The notes below the pieces were generated by a model. That model saw nothing but the letters and a program-made list of their open reading frames with translations. It was not told the DNA's origin and did no database searches. Shown piece after piece: positions 42,608 through 53,141 of a DNA stretch of 57,053 nt. The position numbers were made by a program, and so were the translations under genes. This stretch comes from a virus (taxonomy: Duplodnaviria; Caudoviricetes). Numbering within the stretch: position 1 is the first letter of the stretch; each line of letters starts with the position of its first letter. The stretch covers positions 1 to 57,053 of the IMG/VR virus record IMGVR_UViG_3300035148_000223. One strand, written 5' to 3'.

Positions 42608-43666
42608 GTGAGGATCTTGTTCTGTAAGCCAGCCGCCGAGTTCAGCGTGTCCGACGTCGCCCGAGGGCTGCGCGCGGCCCTCGTCCGTCAAGGCCACGAC
42701 CTGCGCGACTACGACATGGGCAAGCGGCTGGCCTACCACTCGCGCGCGATGGGCGAGCTGTACGTCGAGCAGGTCTCGGCCGTGAGCAAGCAGGCCAGCG
42801 AGAACATCTTGATCGAGGCCATGTACCATCACGCCGACCTCGTCATCATCGTGTCCGCGCTGATTTACCACCCCGCCGCGCTCGTGCTGCTGCGAATGGC
42901 CCGTGTGCCGACCGTCGTCCTCCACACCGAATCGCCGTACTGCGACGACGATCAGGTCGAATGGGCAGCGGCCAACCCGGATGCGCTGCACTGCACGCAT
43001 GACGCCGCGAGCGCGCGGAAGCTCGGCTGGGCCTACGTCCCGCACTCCTACGATCCGAATATCCACAAGCCCTGCCGGGAAGAGATGGTGCTGGGCAGCG
43101 ACGGCACGCCGCGCATCGAGTGGGACAACGAGGCAGACCTCCAGTCCGACAAGGCCTGCGACGTCTGCTTCATCGGCACGGGCTGGCCGGAGCGCATCGC
43201 GTTCTTGGAGCAGGTCGATTGGACCGGCATCGACCTGCGGCTCTACGGTCTGTGGACGGCCCTGCGCGAGGACAGCCCCCTGCGGAAGTTCTATCGCGAA
43301 GGCTTGGTCCCGAACGAAGAGGCGGTGTCGTACTACCGTGCCGCGAAGATCAACATCAACGTGCATCGGGCCGATCCCACGGCGGAAAGCCTCAACCCGC
43401 GTGGCTTCGAGCTTCCGGCGTGCGGGGCGTTCACGCTGACCGACTATCGCAAGGAAGGCGTGGAGCTATTCGGGGACTCGATGCCGGTCTTCGAGACCCC
43501 GGCCGATCTGGAGCGATTGGTCAGGCACTATCTGGCCAACCCCGAAGAGCGGATGCGGTTGGCGCGGGCCGCATTCGACCGTGTCCGACCGTGCTTGTTC
43601 GACAACCGTGCCGTCTCGCTTATGAGCGCGGCGCAGGGCCGCTTTACGGCCACCAAAGGAGACTGA
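42608..43666 (+). CDS. CgeB-like GT-B glycosyltransferase
   Basis: TESPY, DVCFIGT...ER, YRAAKININVHR, LNPRGFELPACG and TDYR motifs. Confidence 0.85.
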   Translation: MRILFCKPAAEFSVSDVARGLRAALVRQGHDLRDYDMGKRLAYHSRAMGELYVEQVSAVSKQASENILIEAMYHHADLVIIVSALIYHPAALVLLRMARVPTVVLHTESPYCDDDQVEWAAANPDALHCTHDAASARKLGWAYVPHSYDPNIHKPCREEMVLGSDGTPRIEWDNEADLQSDKACDVCFIGTGWPERIAFLEQVDWTGIDLRLYGLWTALREDSPLRKFYREGLVPNEEAVSYYRAAKININVHRADPTAESLNPRGFELPACGAFTLTDYRKEGVELFGDSMPVFETPADLERLVRHYLANPEERMRLARAAFDRVRPCLFDNRAVSLMSAAQGRFTATKGD

Positions 43667-43667
43667 C

Positions 43668-44075
43668 ATGGGAACGCCGATTCATGGAGCAGGGGCGGTC
43701 ATCTATCTGTCCGCTGACTCCGGCAGTGCTGCCATCCCGCTCGCGGAGCAGGTCAACTACAGCATCGAACTCGATGCGGACATTCAGGACGCCTCGGCGC
43801 TGGGGTCCGTCTGGGGGTCCAGCGTCAAGGGCATGAACAAGTGGTCCGGGTCGTGCGACGGCAACTTCGACACGGGCAGCAAGACGCTGTGGACCGCCGG
43901 GACCTCCGCGACGGCCGTGAAGATGTACCTCTACCCGCTGGCGACCAGCCCGACCCTGTACTACTACGGGTCGTGCTTCGTGAAGCTCGGGAAGGTCATC
44001 TCGGGCGGCGTGGCCGCGAAGTCCACGTCGGGCTTCTCGTTCACGGGTCAGGGCGAACTGGCCGTCAAGCCGTAA
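43668..44075 (+). CDS. Major tail tube protein
   Basis: AAAGGAG RBS; HG.G, GMNKWSGS, LYP and FSFTGQGEL motifs. Confidence 0.85.
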   Translation: MGTPIHGAGAVIYLSADSGSAAIPLAEQVNYSIELDADIQDASALGSVWGSSVKGMNKWSGSCDGNFDTGSKTLWTAGTSATAVKMYLYPLATSPTLYYYGSCFVKLGKVISGGVAAKSTSGFSFTGQGELAVKP

Positions 44076-44084
44076 CGTCGAGCG

Positions 44085-44423
44085 ATGTTCGAGGCGCGCG
44101 GTACGTCTGGCGTCGTGCGATGCGGCTACCAGACGGCCGCGCGCCTCGGGTCGTGGCGTGTGGTCACGGTCAACGCCACGCTGGGCGGGCCGACCAGCAC
44201 ACTCACGGCTCGCGTATCTGGCCAGCCCTCATGGTGGTTGACGCAACGCCCGCTTGAAGTAGACCTGCAACTGGATACGTCTGTGTGGACGTGGCCGGTG
44301 CAGGTCGTCCGCGTGAGCGAGGGCACGCTCACGGCGACGCTGCCGGGAATGCCCGTGGTGAAACAGGGGGGAACGTGGGAAAGAACCGATTCGTCATGCC
44401 GCAGTTGGTCACGCTCGACCTGA
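44085..44423 (+). CDS. Hypothetical tail-associated protein
   Basis: Lies between the tail tube and chaperone genes. Confidence 0.5.
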   Translation: MFEARGTSGVVRCGYQTAARLGSWRVVTVNATLGGPTSTLTARVSGQPSWWLTQRPLEVDLQLDTSVWTWPVQVVRVSEGTLTATLPGMPVVKQGGTWERTDSSCRSWSRST

Positions 44424-44782
44424 CAGACGGTGACTGGCTGCGCGTGAAGCGCGAACTCAACGTCGGGGAGAAGCGGGCGCTGCAAGGCGCGGGCTTCCGC
44501 GAAGTCAAGGGCGTGGTCGGGTCCGATGACATCAAGGCCGACGCGGTCTTGCAGGTGAATTGGGGCGAGGCCGAGATTGCGCGCGTCTGCATGTGGGTGA
44601 AGGAGTGGTCGTTCCGCGACGCGCAGAACAACCCGGTTCCCGTGAACCGCGAGAGCGTCTCGGCGCTGCACAGCGACTCCTTCGACGAGATCGTGAAGGC
44701 CCTCGACAAGCATGTGGAGGCGATTGAGGCCGAACGAAAAAACGAGTCTGGAGCGACGGGGTCCGCTCCGACCTCATCCTGA
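44375..44782 (+). CDS. Tail assembly chaperone (G-like)
   Basis: Upstream of the tape measure; KEWSFRD...PV motif; ends just after a slippery site. Confidence 0.8.
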   Translation: MGKNRFVMPQLVTLDLTDGDWLRVKRELNVGEKRALQGAGFREVKGVVGSDDIKADAVLQVNWGEAEIARVCMWVKEWSFRDAQNNPVPVNRESVSALHSDSFDEIVKALDKHVEAIEAERKNESGATGSAPTSS

Positions 44783-44883
44783 TGCGCTTCATGGGGTGGA
44801 GCTACCGCGACCTGTGCGACATGCCCGCGTCGTGGTGGCCCATCCTGATAGACCTCTTCGAGGAAGCCAATCGCGAGGACTAA
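44737..44883 (+). other. -1 programmed frameshift (A AAA AAC) producing the GT-like chaperone extension
   Basis: Heptamer at 44737-44743; the -1 frame reads RVWSDGVRSDLILMRFMGWSYRDLCDMPASWWPILIDLFEEANRED to the TAA at 44883. Confidence 0.8.
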
Positions 44884-44886
44884 CCC

Positions 44887-47800
44887 GTGACCGCTGACGA
44901 AGTCACCGCCATCCTGAAGGCCCGCGACGAGGCCAGCGGCGTCATTCGCGGGATGCTGAGTAACGTCGAGTCGGGCATGAAGGGCCTCGCGGGGACAGGC
45001 GAGGGCGTCACCTCCATTCTCAAGACGATGGTCGGCACCTTCGGCGGGTTCGCGGCGGCGAACGCCGTGATGGGCGCGGTCAGTAACTCGTTCAGCATGG
45101 CGAAGTCGGCGATCATCGACATGAACGCCAACCTCGAAACCTCCACGCTGAAGTTCACGACGCTGATGGGCGATGCGGGCAAGGCCCGCGAGCATGTGCA
45201 GGGGTTGTTCGAGTTCGCGAAGAAAACCCCGTTCGAGAGCGGGCCGATTCTCGAAGCCTCGAAACTGCTGCGGACCTTCGGTGGCGACGCGCTCGACAAC
45301 ACGAAGAACCTCACGCTCATCGGCGACGCTGCCGCCGCCTCGGGGGCGGGCATCCAAGACCTCGGCTTCTGGGTCGGACGCATGTACTCGTCCATGCAGG
45401 CCGGTCGTCCGTTCGGCGAAGCCGCGATGCGCTTGCAGGAGTTGGCCATCCTCACGCCGGAAGCCCGCAACCAACTGGAGCAGATGCAGAAGAGCGGGGC
45501 CAAAGGCGCGGAAATGTTCGACGTCTTCACGAAGAGCATCGAGCGGTTCAGCGGATCGATGGCGCTTCAGGAGAAGTCGTGGACCGGCGTGACCTCGACG
45601 TTCGCGGACGTGGTCAAAATGGCCTCGGCAGACCTCTTCCGGCCGCTCTTCGAGGCCGTGCGGGACACCATCTACAAGATCAATCAGTTCCTCGGCAGCG
45701 ACCTCGTGCAGGAGGGCATCAAGCGCCTCGCCGAGAAGATGGAGGTGTTCTTCAACTTCATCGTGCAGTGGGGCGACGTGGCCGTGCAGGGGCTTGTGGA
45801 GGTGTTCGGGACCATCTCCAAGCACACCGAGACGGTTCTACGCGGTGTGGACCAGCTCGCCGAGGCGTTTACGAGCAACCTCGCGCCCGGCATCGAGGCC
45901 GTGAAAGACCTCTTTTCGACCATGATCGACCTCGACACGCAATTCGTGTCGGGCATCCTGTCGGCGCTGGACGCGATGGCTCCCTCGGTCTGGCAGGCGA
46001 TTGTGGACGTGGTCGAGGCGCTCTCGGCTGGCTTCTCCTATGCCGCCGAATGGCTGGCGGTGCTGTACGAGTCCGCCCAGCCCGCGCTGGAAGCCTTCGG
46101 CGACGCGATCTGGTCCGCCATCGTGGAGACCGTCAAGACGCTGGCGTCGGCCTTCTCGCTCGTCGCGGGCGTGCTGGAGACGGTCTGGAATATCGGGGCA
46201 GAGGTCTTGGCGTGGATTCGCCAGAGCGAGACCGCGATGGCCGTCCTCGGGGCGGTCTGGAGCGCCGTCGTCGCGCCGATGAAAGCGGTCGCGGACGCCA
46301 TCTCGATCACCATGTGGGCGATCCGGAAGTTCATCGACACGGTGCGCGAGGCGCTGGAGCTTGTCGGCCTGCTGAAGACGCGCCTACCAGAGGTCGCCGG
46401 AGACTCCGGGTTCAAGGCCTTGACCGACCGGGGCCTGAAGCCCGCAGGGGAAGCCTCGCAAGTGCTGGCCGCGCAACTCGGGAAAGCCAATGACGCGCTC
46501 GGGGTCATCTCCGGAGGAGGGTTGCCGAAGGCGACCGCCGCCACGAAGGCCCTCGGCGACGAGGCCGACAAGACCGGGAAGAAGATCAAGGACGCGCTGG
46601 GAGACCTCTTCAAGGGCGGCTACGACAAGATGCTCGTCGAGAACGAGAAGAAGCTCCGCGACGCCGCGAAGGTCACCGACGACCAATTCGGCGCGGCGAT
46701 GCAGAACATTTACAAGCCGTGGCAAAAACCCACGACGCCCATCATCGAAGAAGGCGAGGGCTTCGGGGTGGTTCCAGAAATGCTTCGCAAGCCCGGAGAG
46801 CAGGCCGCGCAAAGCTGGCTCGAAGGCTTCAAGTCGATTCAGCAGGGCGCTCCCGCGCTCATCGTGCAAGCCCTCGCGGGCGGTGGCGGCATGTCTGGAG
46901 CGTTTCAGGCGCTCGGGACTCAGTACGGCAACATGATCGGCGCGAACCTGTCGAAGTCGATCAGCGCCAAGTTTGCGAACAACGCGACGCTGTCGAAGAT
47001 GGGGGAGTCGCTCGGTGGGCTGATGGGACCGCTGGTGGGCGCGGGCATGCAGAAGCTCGACCAATGGTCTGCCAGCGCAGAGCAGTCGGCCAGCAAGACG
47101 AAGGCGGCGTTCGCGGGCGCGGCCTCATGGGCCGCGAAGGGCATGATGATTGCCGGGCCGTGGGGAGCCGCGATTGGCGGCGTCGCCGGGGCCATCAAGG
47201 GCGTCTTCGCCGCGACCGCCGAGGGCAAGAAGGTCAACGACCTCCGCGATCAGTTCATCAGCGCCGCTGGCGGACTGGCCGCGCTGAACGAGAAGGCGCA
47301 CAAGGCGGGGGCCACGCTCGACCAACTGCTGAAAGCGAAGAATACCAAGGAGTTCGAGGCAGCGGTCACGGCCCTCAACGGGAAGCTCGCGGTCACCGCG
47401 AAGTTGGAAGCCGACCTGCTGGGCCTGCGCGGAGAGTTGGCAAGTCGTCAGGCGATGGACTGGAAGACGGCCGAGGAACTCATCACCAAGTACGGCGGCT
47501 CGCTCGCGAACCTCGGCAAGCAGTTCACCGATGCGAAGACGCAGGCGAATTGGTCCGACATCTGGGCCGATTGGGACCGCCTCACGACGATGGGCGCGGA
47601 CGTCGGCGGCGTGCTGTCGTCTATGAGCGACGAAATCAGCAAGCTCGTGCAGGAGTCGGTGGCCTTCGGGACCACGATTCCGGAGAACTTCCGCGCGCTC
47701 ATCGACGAACTCGCGCGCACCGGGCAACTCCTCGACGAGAACGGGCAGGCGATCAAGGACACGTCCAATCTGAACTACGGCGAGAAGATGTTGAGCGACA

Positions 47801-48192
47801 CCGACAAGCTCATCGCGAAGATCGACGAGTTGATCAAGACGCTCTCGACCGGGCTGGTCGCCGCTGCCGAATCGGGCGTGCAGGGCATGGCGAATGCCTT
47901 CCGGAGCGCCGACCTTCGCATCTCGCCACGCGTGGACTGGCCGCGCGACGGCATGGAGGAGACGCCGTCGTTCGCCTCGGGCGGCTGGGGCAACTTCGGC
48001 CGTGGCACGTTGGCGATGCTGCACGGGCGCGAGGCTATCGTCCCGCTGGACAAGCCGTCGGCGATTGGGCGCGCCCTGTCCTCGCAGACCTCTGGCGGCG
48101 GACGCGCCAACATCTATCTCGACGGGCGCATGGTCGCCGAATTGCTCGTGCCGCACCTTCCCGGTGTCGTGCGCGACTACGCGCTGGGGTAG
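44887..48192 (+). CDS. Tape measure protein
   Basis: 1101 aa, Ala/Gly-rich helical; FAKKTPFE; FASGG...LAMLHGREAIVP C-terminus. Confidence 0.95.
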   Translation: MTADEVTAILKARDEASGVIRGMLSNVESGMKGLAGTGEGVTSILKTMVGTFGGFAAANAVMGAVSNSFSMAKSAIIDMNANLETSTLKFTTLMGDAGKAREHVQGLFEFAKKTPFESGPILEASKLLRTFGGDALDNTKNLTLIGDAAAASGAGIQDLGFWVGRMYSSMQAGRPFGEAAMRLQELAILTPEARNQLEQMQKSGAKGAEMFDVFTKSIERFSGSMALQEKSWTGVTSTFADVVKMASADLFRPLFEAVRDTIYKINQFLGSDLVQEGIKRLAEKMEVFFNFIVQWGDVAVQGLVEVFGTISKHTETVLRGVDQLAEAFTSNLAPGIEAVKDLFSTMIDLDTQFVSGILSALDAMAPSVWQAIVDVVEALSAGFSYAAEWLAVLYESAQPALEAFGDAIWSAIVETVKTLASAFSLVAGVLETVWNIGAEVLAWIRQSETAMAVLGAVWSAVVAPMKAVADAISITMWAIRKFIDTVREALELVGLLKTRLPEVAGDSGFKALTDRGLKPAGEASQVLAAQLGKANDALGVISGGGLPKATAATKALGDEADKTGKKIKDALGDLFKGGYDKMLVENEKKLRDAAKVTDDQFGAAMQNIYKPWQKPTTPIIEEGEGFGVVPEMLRKPGEQAAQSWLEGFKSIQQGAPALIVQALAGGGGMSGAFQALGTQYGNMIGANLSKSISAKFANNATLSKMGESLGGLMGPLVGAGMQKLDQWSASAEQSASKTKAAFAGAASWAAKGMMIAGPWGAAIGGVAGAIKGVFAATAEGKKVNDLRDQFISAAGGLAALNEKAHKAGATLDQLLKAKNTKEFEAAVTALNGKLAVTAKLEADLLGLRGELASRQAMDWKTAEELITKYGGSLANLGKQFTDAKTQANWSDIWADWDRLTTMGADVGGVLSSMSDEISKLVQESVAFGTTIPENFRALIDELARTGQLLDENGQAIKDTSNLNYGEKMLSDTDKLIAKIDELIKTLSTGLVAAAESGVQGMANAFRSADLRISPRVDWPRDGMEETPSFASGGWGNFGRGTLAMLHGREAIVPLDKPSAIGRALSSQTSGGGRANIYLDGRMVAELLVPHLPGVVRDYALG

Positions 48193-48195
48193 CCG

Positions 48196-50010
48196 ATGGC
48201 GCTCACCGTCACCATCGGCGGCGTGACGAAGACGCCAGTCGCGATGACGCTCTCGTCGGCGCAGAACGAACGCGACCGCCTGACGCTCACGCTCGTCTCG
48301 GACACCGGGGCCAACATCCGCCCGAACATCGACGACGAAGTGCTGGTGGTCGAGGACAGCGTGACCATCTTCGGCGGCTCCGTCAAGACACCGGAACTGT
48401 CGGGCCTCGGCACCTCACCCACGGCCGTCTCCGCGCGGGCGTCCTGCCTCGACTACAACGAACTCGGCGACCGCATCGTCGTCGTCGGCCTGACCATCCC
48501 CACGGGGACGCTGAAGGCGGCGGCGACCGCGCTCTTGCCCTACCTGCCGGGCGTGTCGATTGACTCGTCGTGGACGTCCGACGGGCCGACACTGCCGGAG
48601 TTGGTCTATGACGGGCTGTACGCCGACGCGGCGCTGGAAGACCTCTCGACGCGCACCGGCTGGGTCCGCAACATCAACGCCACGAAAAAGCTCAAGTTCT
48701 GGACCCCCGGCACCATCGCGGCCCCGTGGAACGTCACCGATGGCGACGGCAACGTCGTCGGCGACCTCACGTCGGTTATCACGCGCAAGGACTACGCCAA
48801 CCGCATCATCGTGAAGTTCCTCGACGCGGCGATTTCCGCGTGGGGGTTCTTCGGCCCGAAGCAGGGCATGTCGTCCCTGCCCTCGGCCGGAGAGACCGTC
48901 ACGGTGGGCAGCAAGACCTACACATGGCGCGCGACGCTCGGCGCGCCTGCGAACGAGGTCCTGATCGGCGCGGACGTCAGTGCGTGCATCAGCAATCTGG
49001 CCTGCGCCATCGTGGAAGGCGACGGCAAAGGCCCGACCTACTCGACCGCCACCACGGCCAACACGCAGGTCATCGCGTGGCAAGCCGCGCCAGACCGCAT
49101 GACGGTCAAGGCCCAGACAGCGGGAGCCGCCGGAAACAATCTCGCGCTGACGACGAACTGCGCGAACTGGCGCTGCTACCACGAAGGCAACATCGAGTGG
49201 GGGCATCTGCAAGGGGGAGCCGACGAGGCCTTCCGGAACTCGGTGCAGGTCGATGCCGTGGCGCTCCAGCCGCCCGTCTACACGCGTATTGTCGAAGCCG
49301 CCAACGTCTACAACGTCACCGATGCGACGGCCATCGGCGAAGCCATCCTGACCGAGGCCACGGTCGTCATGGAGACCGTCCGGTACAAGACGCGCCGGTC
49401 GGGGCTGACCGTCGGGATGTCGCAGACGATTGCCTCGGCCAAGCGGCATGTGACGAGTGCGACGTTCCTCATCACGGCCATTGAGACGACATGGTCGCCC
49501 GGCGGGCTGGCGTGGCGCGACGTGACGGCCATCAAGGGCACCACGTATAGAAATACCTCTTGGCGTGAGCTGTACAAACAGTGGTCTGGCGCGAGCGGGA
49601 CCGCGCAGTCGGTCACGTACGGGGGCGTGGGCGGTGGTGGGTCTTCCCCGACCGCGCGCGTCTACACGCTGGGCGGGTCACGGTCGCTCTACGTTGCGCC
49701 GAACCCGAAGGCATGGACGCCAGTGCCGGAGTGGATACCGTTCAAGGCCCCGGCGGGCTTCTCCGCGCGGGTGCGCGTGTGGATGTGGGCGCGAAACGCG
49801 GGCATCACGGTCTCGGCCCGCGTGACGAGTGGGACGGATGGCATCACGTTCGGCACGGTGTCCGCATCGCTCGCGGACGTGACCGGGCAGACCGTGACAG
49901 AGCGCACGGCCGACTTCGTCGTCGAGGCCGACAAGTACTATCGGCTAGAGGTCTATCCAAGCTCTAACGGGGAGGGCGTCGGATGTCTCGGATATGTCGA
50001 GTCGCTGTAG
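48196..50010 (+). CDS. Tail tip/hub protein
   Basis: Follows the tape measure; IFGG.V and DYANRI motifs. Confidence 0.75.
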   Translation: MALTVTIGGVTKTPVAMTLSSAQNERDRLTLTLVSDTGANIRPNIDDEVLVVEDSVTIFGGSVKTPELSGLGTSPTAVSARASCLDYNELGDRIVVVGLTIPTGTLKAAATALLPYLPGVSIDSSWTSDGPTLPELVYDGLYADAALEDLSTRTGWVRNINATKKLKFWTPGTIAAPWNVTDGDGNVVGDLTSVITRKDYANRIIVKFLDAAISAWGFFGPKQGMSSLPSAGETVTVGSKTYTWRATLGAPANEVLIGADVSACISNLACAIVEGDGKGPTYSTATTANTQVIAWQAAPDRMTVKAQTAGAAGNNLALTTNCANWRCYHEGNIEWGHLQGGADEAFRNSVQVDAVALQPPVYTRIVEAANVYNVTDATAIGEAILTEATVVMETVRYKTRRSGLTVGMSQTIASAKRHVTSATFLITAIETTWSPGGLAWRDVTAIKGTTYRNTSWRELYKQWSGASGTAQSVTYGGVGGGGSSPTARVYTLGGSRSLYVAPNPKAWTPVPEWIPFKAPAGFSARVRVWMWARNAGITVSARVTSGTDGITFGTVSASLADVTGQTVTERTADFVVEADKYYRLEVYPSSNGEGVGCLGYVESL

Positions 50011-53000
50011 GGCTGTGGTTCCTGTCGGCTGTCGCCGCGAGCGCACAGGTCGAGCTTGACGTCAGCAAGATCCGCCTCGGGTCTGCGCCGTGCGTCATCC
50101 TGACGGGCAGCGGCACACCTGAAGGCGCGGTAGTCGGGAACGTCTGCGACATGTACCTGCGGACGAACGGCACGACCTTCGCGACCATCGTCTACGTCAA
50201 GACCGACAACGGCGACAATACCGGCTGGGTGTCCGCTGGCGGCGTGACCGGCAGCGGCACGCTGAACTACCTGCCGAAGTGGACTTCGACGAGCGCCATC
50301 GGGGATAGCGTCATCTACGAGAGCGGGACCAACCTCGGCCTCGGCACGACGACGACGACCTACAAGGTGACGACGGGCGGCACCGTGGCTCCGGCCACGG
50401 CCTATGCCTACGACCTCGGCGCGTTCACGAAGAAGTGGCTGACGCTCTTCGCCGCCGAACTTCGCGTGGAAACCCTCGTCGCGGCCGAAGTGCAATCGAC
50501 CATCGGGGGCCGCGTCGTGGTCGCGCCAACGACGCAACTGACGGCGGATCTTGCCGCTGCCGCGACCAGCATCTCCGTCAAGCACAACAATCTGGAGAAC
50601 GGCGACTTCGTGCGGCTGGAGTCGAATGGCAACGTCGAGTGGATCAAGATCACGCAGGCTCCGCAGGGCAGCGGCCCCTACACCCACACCGTCACCCGTG
50701 GACTGGATTCGGGCGGCACCGGACACGATTGGTCGGCTGGCGATGCGCTCGTGACGACGGGCAAGGCCGCTGGCGAAGGCTACATCGACCTCTTCAGCGA
50801 CCGCTCGGCAGCGTCCTCCAGCGTGTACGGCCCGACGATTCTCGGGGTGGCCCGCACGAACACGACGAGCTATCTCGACGTTGCGCCGCGATGGGCCATT
50901 GGCAATCTGCGCGGGACGTACGGCTACGCGGCCGATACCTACGGGGCCGCGTTCGGAGATGCCTCGAAGTCGTGGCTGACGCTGGACGACACGAACGGCC
51001 TCCGCATGGGGAACGGTGCGAACGTCAAGGTGTCGATCACCCCGCTTGGCTCCGCGACGTTCGTGGGCGATGGCGACGGCATCACGAACATCGACGGCGG
51101 CAACATCCAGACGAGCAGCATCACCGCGAACAAGATCCTGCTGAATCCCGGCTACTCAGGCGCGGCCCTGAACGCCGATCCGAACTTCCTCGACTCGACG
51201 GCGTGGGGCGCTGGCATCAACATCGTGACGGGCATCACCGACGGCAAGGTCGGCTCGAACGCGATGGCGAACACCGCGAACAACTACCTGTGGGGCTACA
51301 GCGGCAACATCCCGGTGGACCCCTCGAAGATGTATCGCGTGAGAGCATGGATTCGGAAGACGGCCGGAAGCGGGGTCGATAACACCTACCTGTGGATGTC
51401 GTTCTGGCAGGGCGACGGCACGACGGCCGCATCTCCGAACGACATGTACGTGTCGAATTGCAGTCCGATCTCTACGACACCCGGAACGTGGACGGAGTGC
51501 GTCGGAGACTTCGGCTATGGAGACGCTACGCATCCGACCCCATCGAATGCGAAGTTCATGCGCGTCGGCTATGGCCTGAACAACTCGGCCACGTCGAGTG
51601 TCATCCAGATGCAAGACCTTCGCCTCGAAGAGATGGCACCGGCCAGCCTCATCGTGAACGGGGCCATCACCGCCGACAAGATTGCCGCGAACACGATCAC
51701 GGCAAGCAAGATGGTCGTCGGCCAAAGCGGTCAGTACATCAACATCGATCCCATGCTCAAGGACACGAGCGTCTGGGGGAGCGCCGGGGCAGGGACGTTC
51801 ACGATCAATACGCTGAGTGGCGTTCCAGCGGGGAACGAGGTCATTCGCTCGAACGCGAACGCCACGGCCTACGTGGAGGATAAGAACTACTACGCCATCG
51901 ACGAAACGAAGACCTACCGTTTTCGCTTCTGGGCGAGAGGCGTGGGCGAGAATGGCATCCTCTACGCAGACCTCCGGCAGTACGCCGACATGAGCGGGAC
52001 CACCTGTGGCACCAACGGGGGGCGCAACCCCTACGACCCCAACGCCGTGAGCGTGCCGGATGCGTGGACGGAATACTCGGGGACGTTCGGGCCGGGTCAA
52101 TGGATCTCCGGCTGCACGAAGTTCGTGAAGCTCGACTGGCTGCTGAACTACGGCGGAACGGCAGGCTACATGGAGATCGCCTACCCACGCATGGAAGAAA
52201 TGGTCACGGGCGAGTTGGTCGTCAACGGGTCGATCACCGCCACCGACATGAATGTCTCGACGCTCTCGGCCATCACCGCCAACATGGGTAGCCTGACCTC
52301 TGGCAGCATCGTGGTCGGGTCGTCGGACAAACTCTGGCTGAACGACTCGTCGGACGGCGCACTCAACATCGGCGGCAGCACGAAGGCGTCGGCCCCGTTC
52401 CGCGTCACCGCAGCCGGGGCGCTCACGGCGACGAGCGGCACCATCGGCGGCTGGACGCTCAATACGCAAACGCTCTACTCCGGCACCGGATCGAACTCCG
52501 CTGGCATCCATTCGGGCGGCACGTCCACGGTGCGGTTCTTCGCGGGGAGCGCGACTCTGGACTCGGCCCCGTTCCGCGTGACGCAAGACGGATCGCTGAC
52601 GGCAACCAACGCCAGTATCAGCGGTAGCGTAAGTGCCGCGAGTGGGGCCGTGACCATCGACGGAAGCGGGATCACCATCGACAACGGGTCGAGCGGGTAC
52701 AACCAAGTGAAGTGGGACGATGGCTCGACCATCGGCTCCGGGTCGGACGTGCTGAACATCTCGGCCGATTCGCAGATTTCGCTCAACGTCGTGAGCGGCA
52801 ATCTGAAGATCGATAGCGGTGGCATCTTCACCAACTACCAGCGCGACCTTGGCACGAACAGCTACCGTTGGCATGACCTCTATATGGTCGGAGACATCTG
52901 GTGGGATTCGCCGCCCTCTACGACCGCTGATGACTGGCCGATGGTCTGGTCGCCCTCGATCAAGGCGCTGTACTACAAGAGCGATGCGGCGTCCTGCTCC

Positions 53001-53141
53001 TACGCGGGGGCGTCGGAGGCCGGGATCGTGACGAGTTGCGCCGAACCCGTCCAGCCTCAGATTGACGCGCTGAAGCAGGAAGTCGCAGACCTGAAGGCAC
53101 AGGTCGCGGCCCTCATCGCACTACTCGGGGGGAGACAATGA
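49983..53141 (+). CDS. Tail fibre/receptor-binding protein with two CBM-like repeats, C-terminal coiled coil and N-terminal signal peptide
   Basis: GGGGAGG RBS; MSRICRVAVGLWFLSAVAASA|Q; ITA.KI repeats; QIDALKQEVADLKAQV. Confidence 0.8.
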   Translation: MSRICRVAVGLWFLSAVAASAQVELDVSKIRLGSAPCVILTGSGTPEGAVVGNVCDMYLRTNGTTFATIVYVKTDNGDNTGWVSAGGVTGSGTLNYLPKWTSTSAIGDSVIYESGTNLGLGTTTTTYKVTTGGTVAPATAYAYDLGAFTKKWLTLFAAELRVETLVAAEVQSTIGGRVVVAPTTQLTADLAAAATSISVKHNNLENGDFVRLESNGNVEWIKITQAPQGSGPYTHTVTRGLDSGGTGHDWSAGDALVTTGKAAGEGYIDLFSDRSAASSSVYGPTILGVARTNTTSYLDVAPRWAIGNLRGTYGYAADTYGAAFGDASKSWLTLDDTNGLRMGNGANVKVSITPLGSATFVGDGDGITNIDGGNIQTSSITANKILLNPGYSGAALNADPNFLDSTAWGAGINIVTGITDGKVGSNAMANTANNYLWGYSGNIPVDPSKMYRVRAWIRKTAGSGVDNTYLWMSFWQGDGTTAASPNDMYVSNCSPISTTPGTWTECVGDFGYGDATHPTPSNAKFMRVGYGLNNSATSSVIQMQDLRLEEMAPASLIVNGAITADKIAANTITASKMVVGQSGQYINIDPMLKDTSVWGSAGAGTFTINTLSGVPAGNEVIRSNANATAYVEDKNYYAIDETKTYRFRFWARGVGENGILYADLRQYADMSGTTCGTNGGRNPYDPNAVSVPDAWTEYSGTFGPGQWISGCTKFVKLDWLLNYGGTAGYMEIAYPRMEEMVTGELVVNGSITATDMNVSTLSAITANMGSLTSGSIVVGSSDKLWLNDSSDGALNIGGSTKASAPFRVTAAGALTATSGTIGGWTLNTQTLYSGTGSNSAGIHSGGTSTVRFFAGSATLDSAPFRVTQDGSLTATNASISGSVSAASGAVTIDGSGITIDNGSSGYNQVKWDDGSTIGSGSDVLNISADSQISLNVVSGNLKIDSGGIFTNYQRDLGTNSYRWHDLYMVGDIWWDSPPSTTADDWPMVWSPSIKALYYKSDAASCSYAGASEAGIVTSCAEPVQPQIDALKQEVADLKAQVAALIALLGGRQ

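Larger units (their letters stand above)
5256..45844 (+). repeat. Polarised 11-mer GGTTCTACGCG (9 exact copies, 8 of them within 5.2-23.0 kb)
   Basis: Exact copies at 5256, 10638, 15065, 17342, 20964, 21790, 22406, 23007 and 45834. Confidence 0.85.

Noticed and set aside
44712-44897. Track ORF MWRRLRPNEK as the chaperone extension
   Set aside because: Wrong frame; the -1 frame ending at 44883 gives the typical GWSYxDLxxMP extension.
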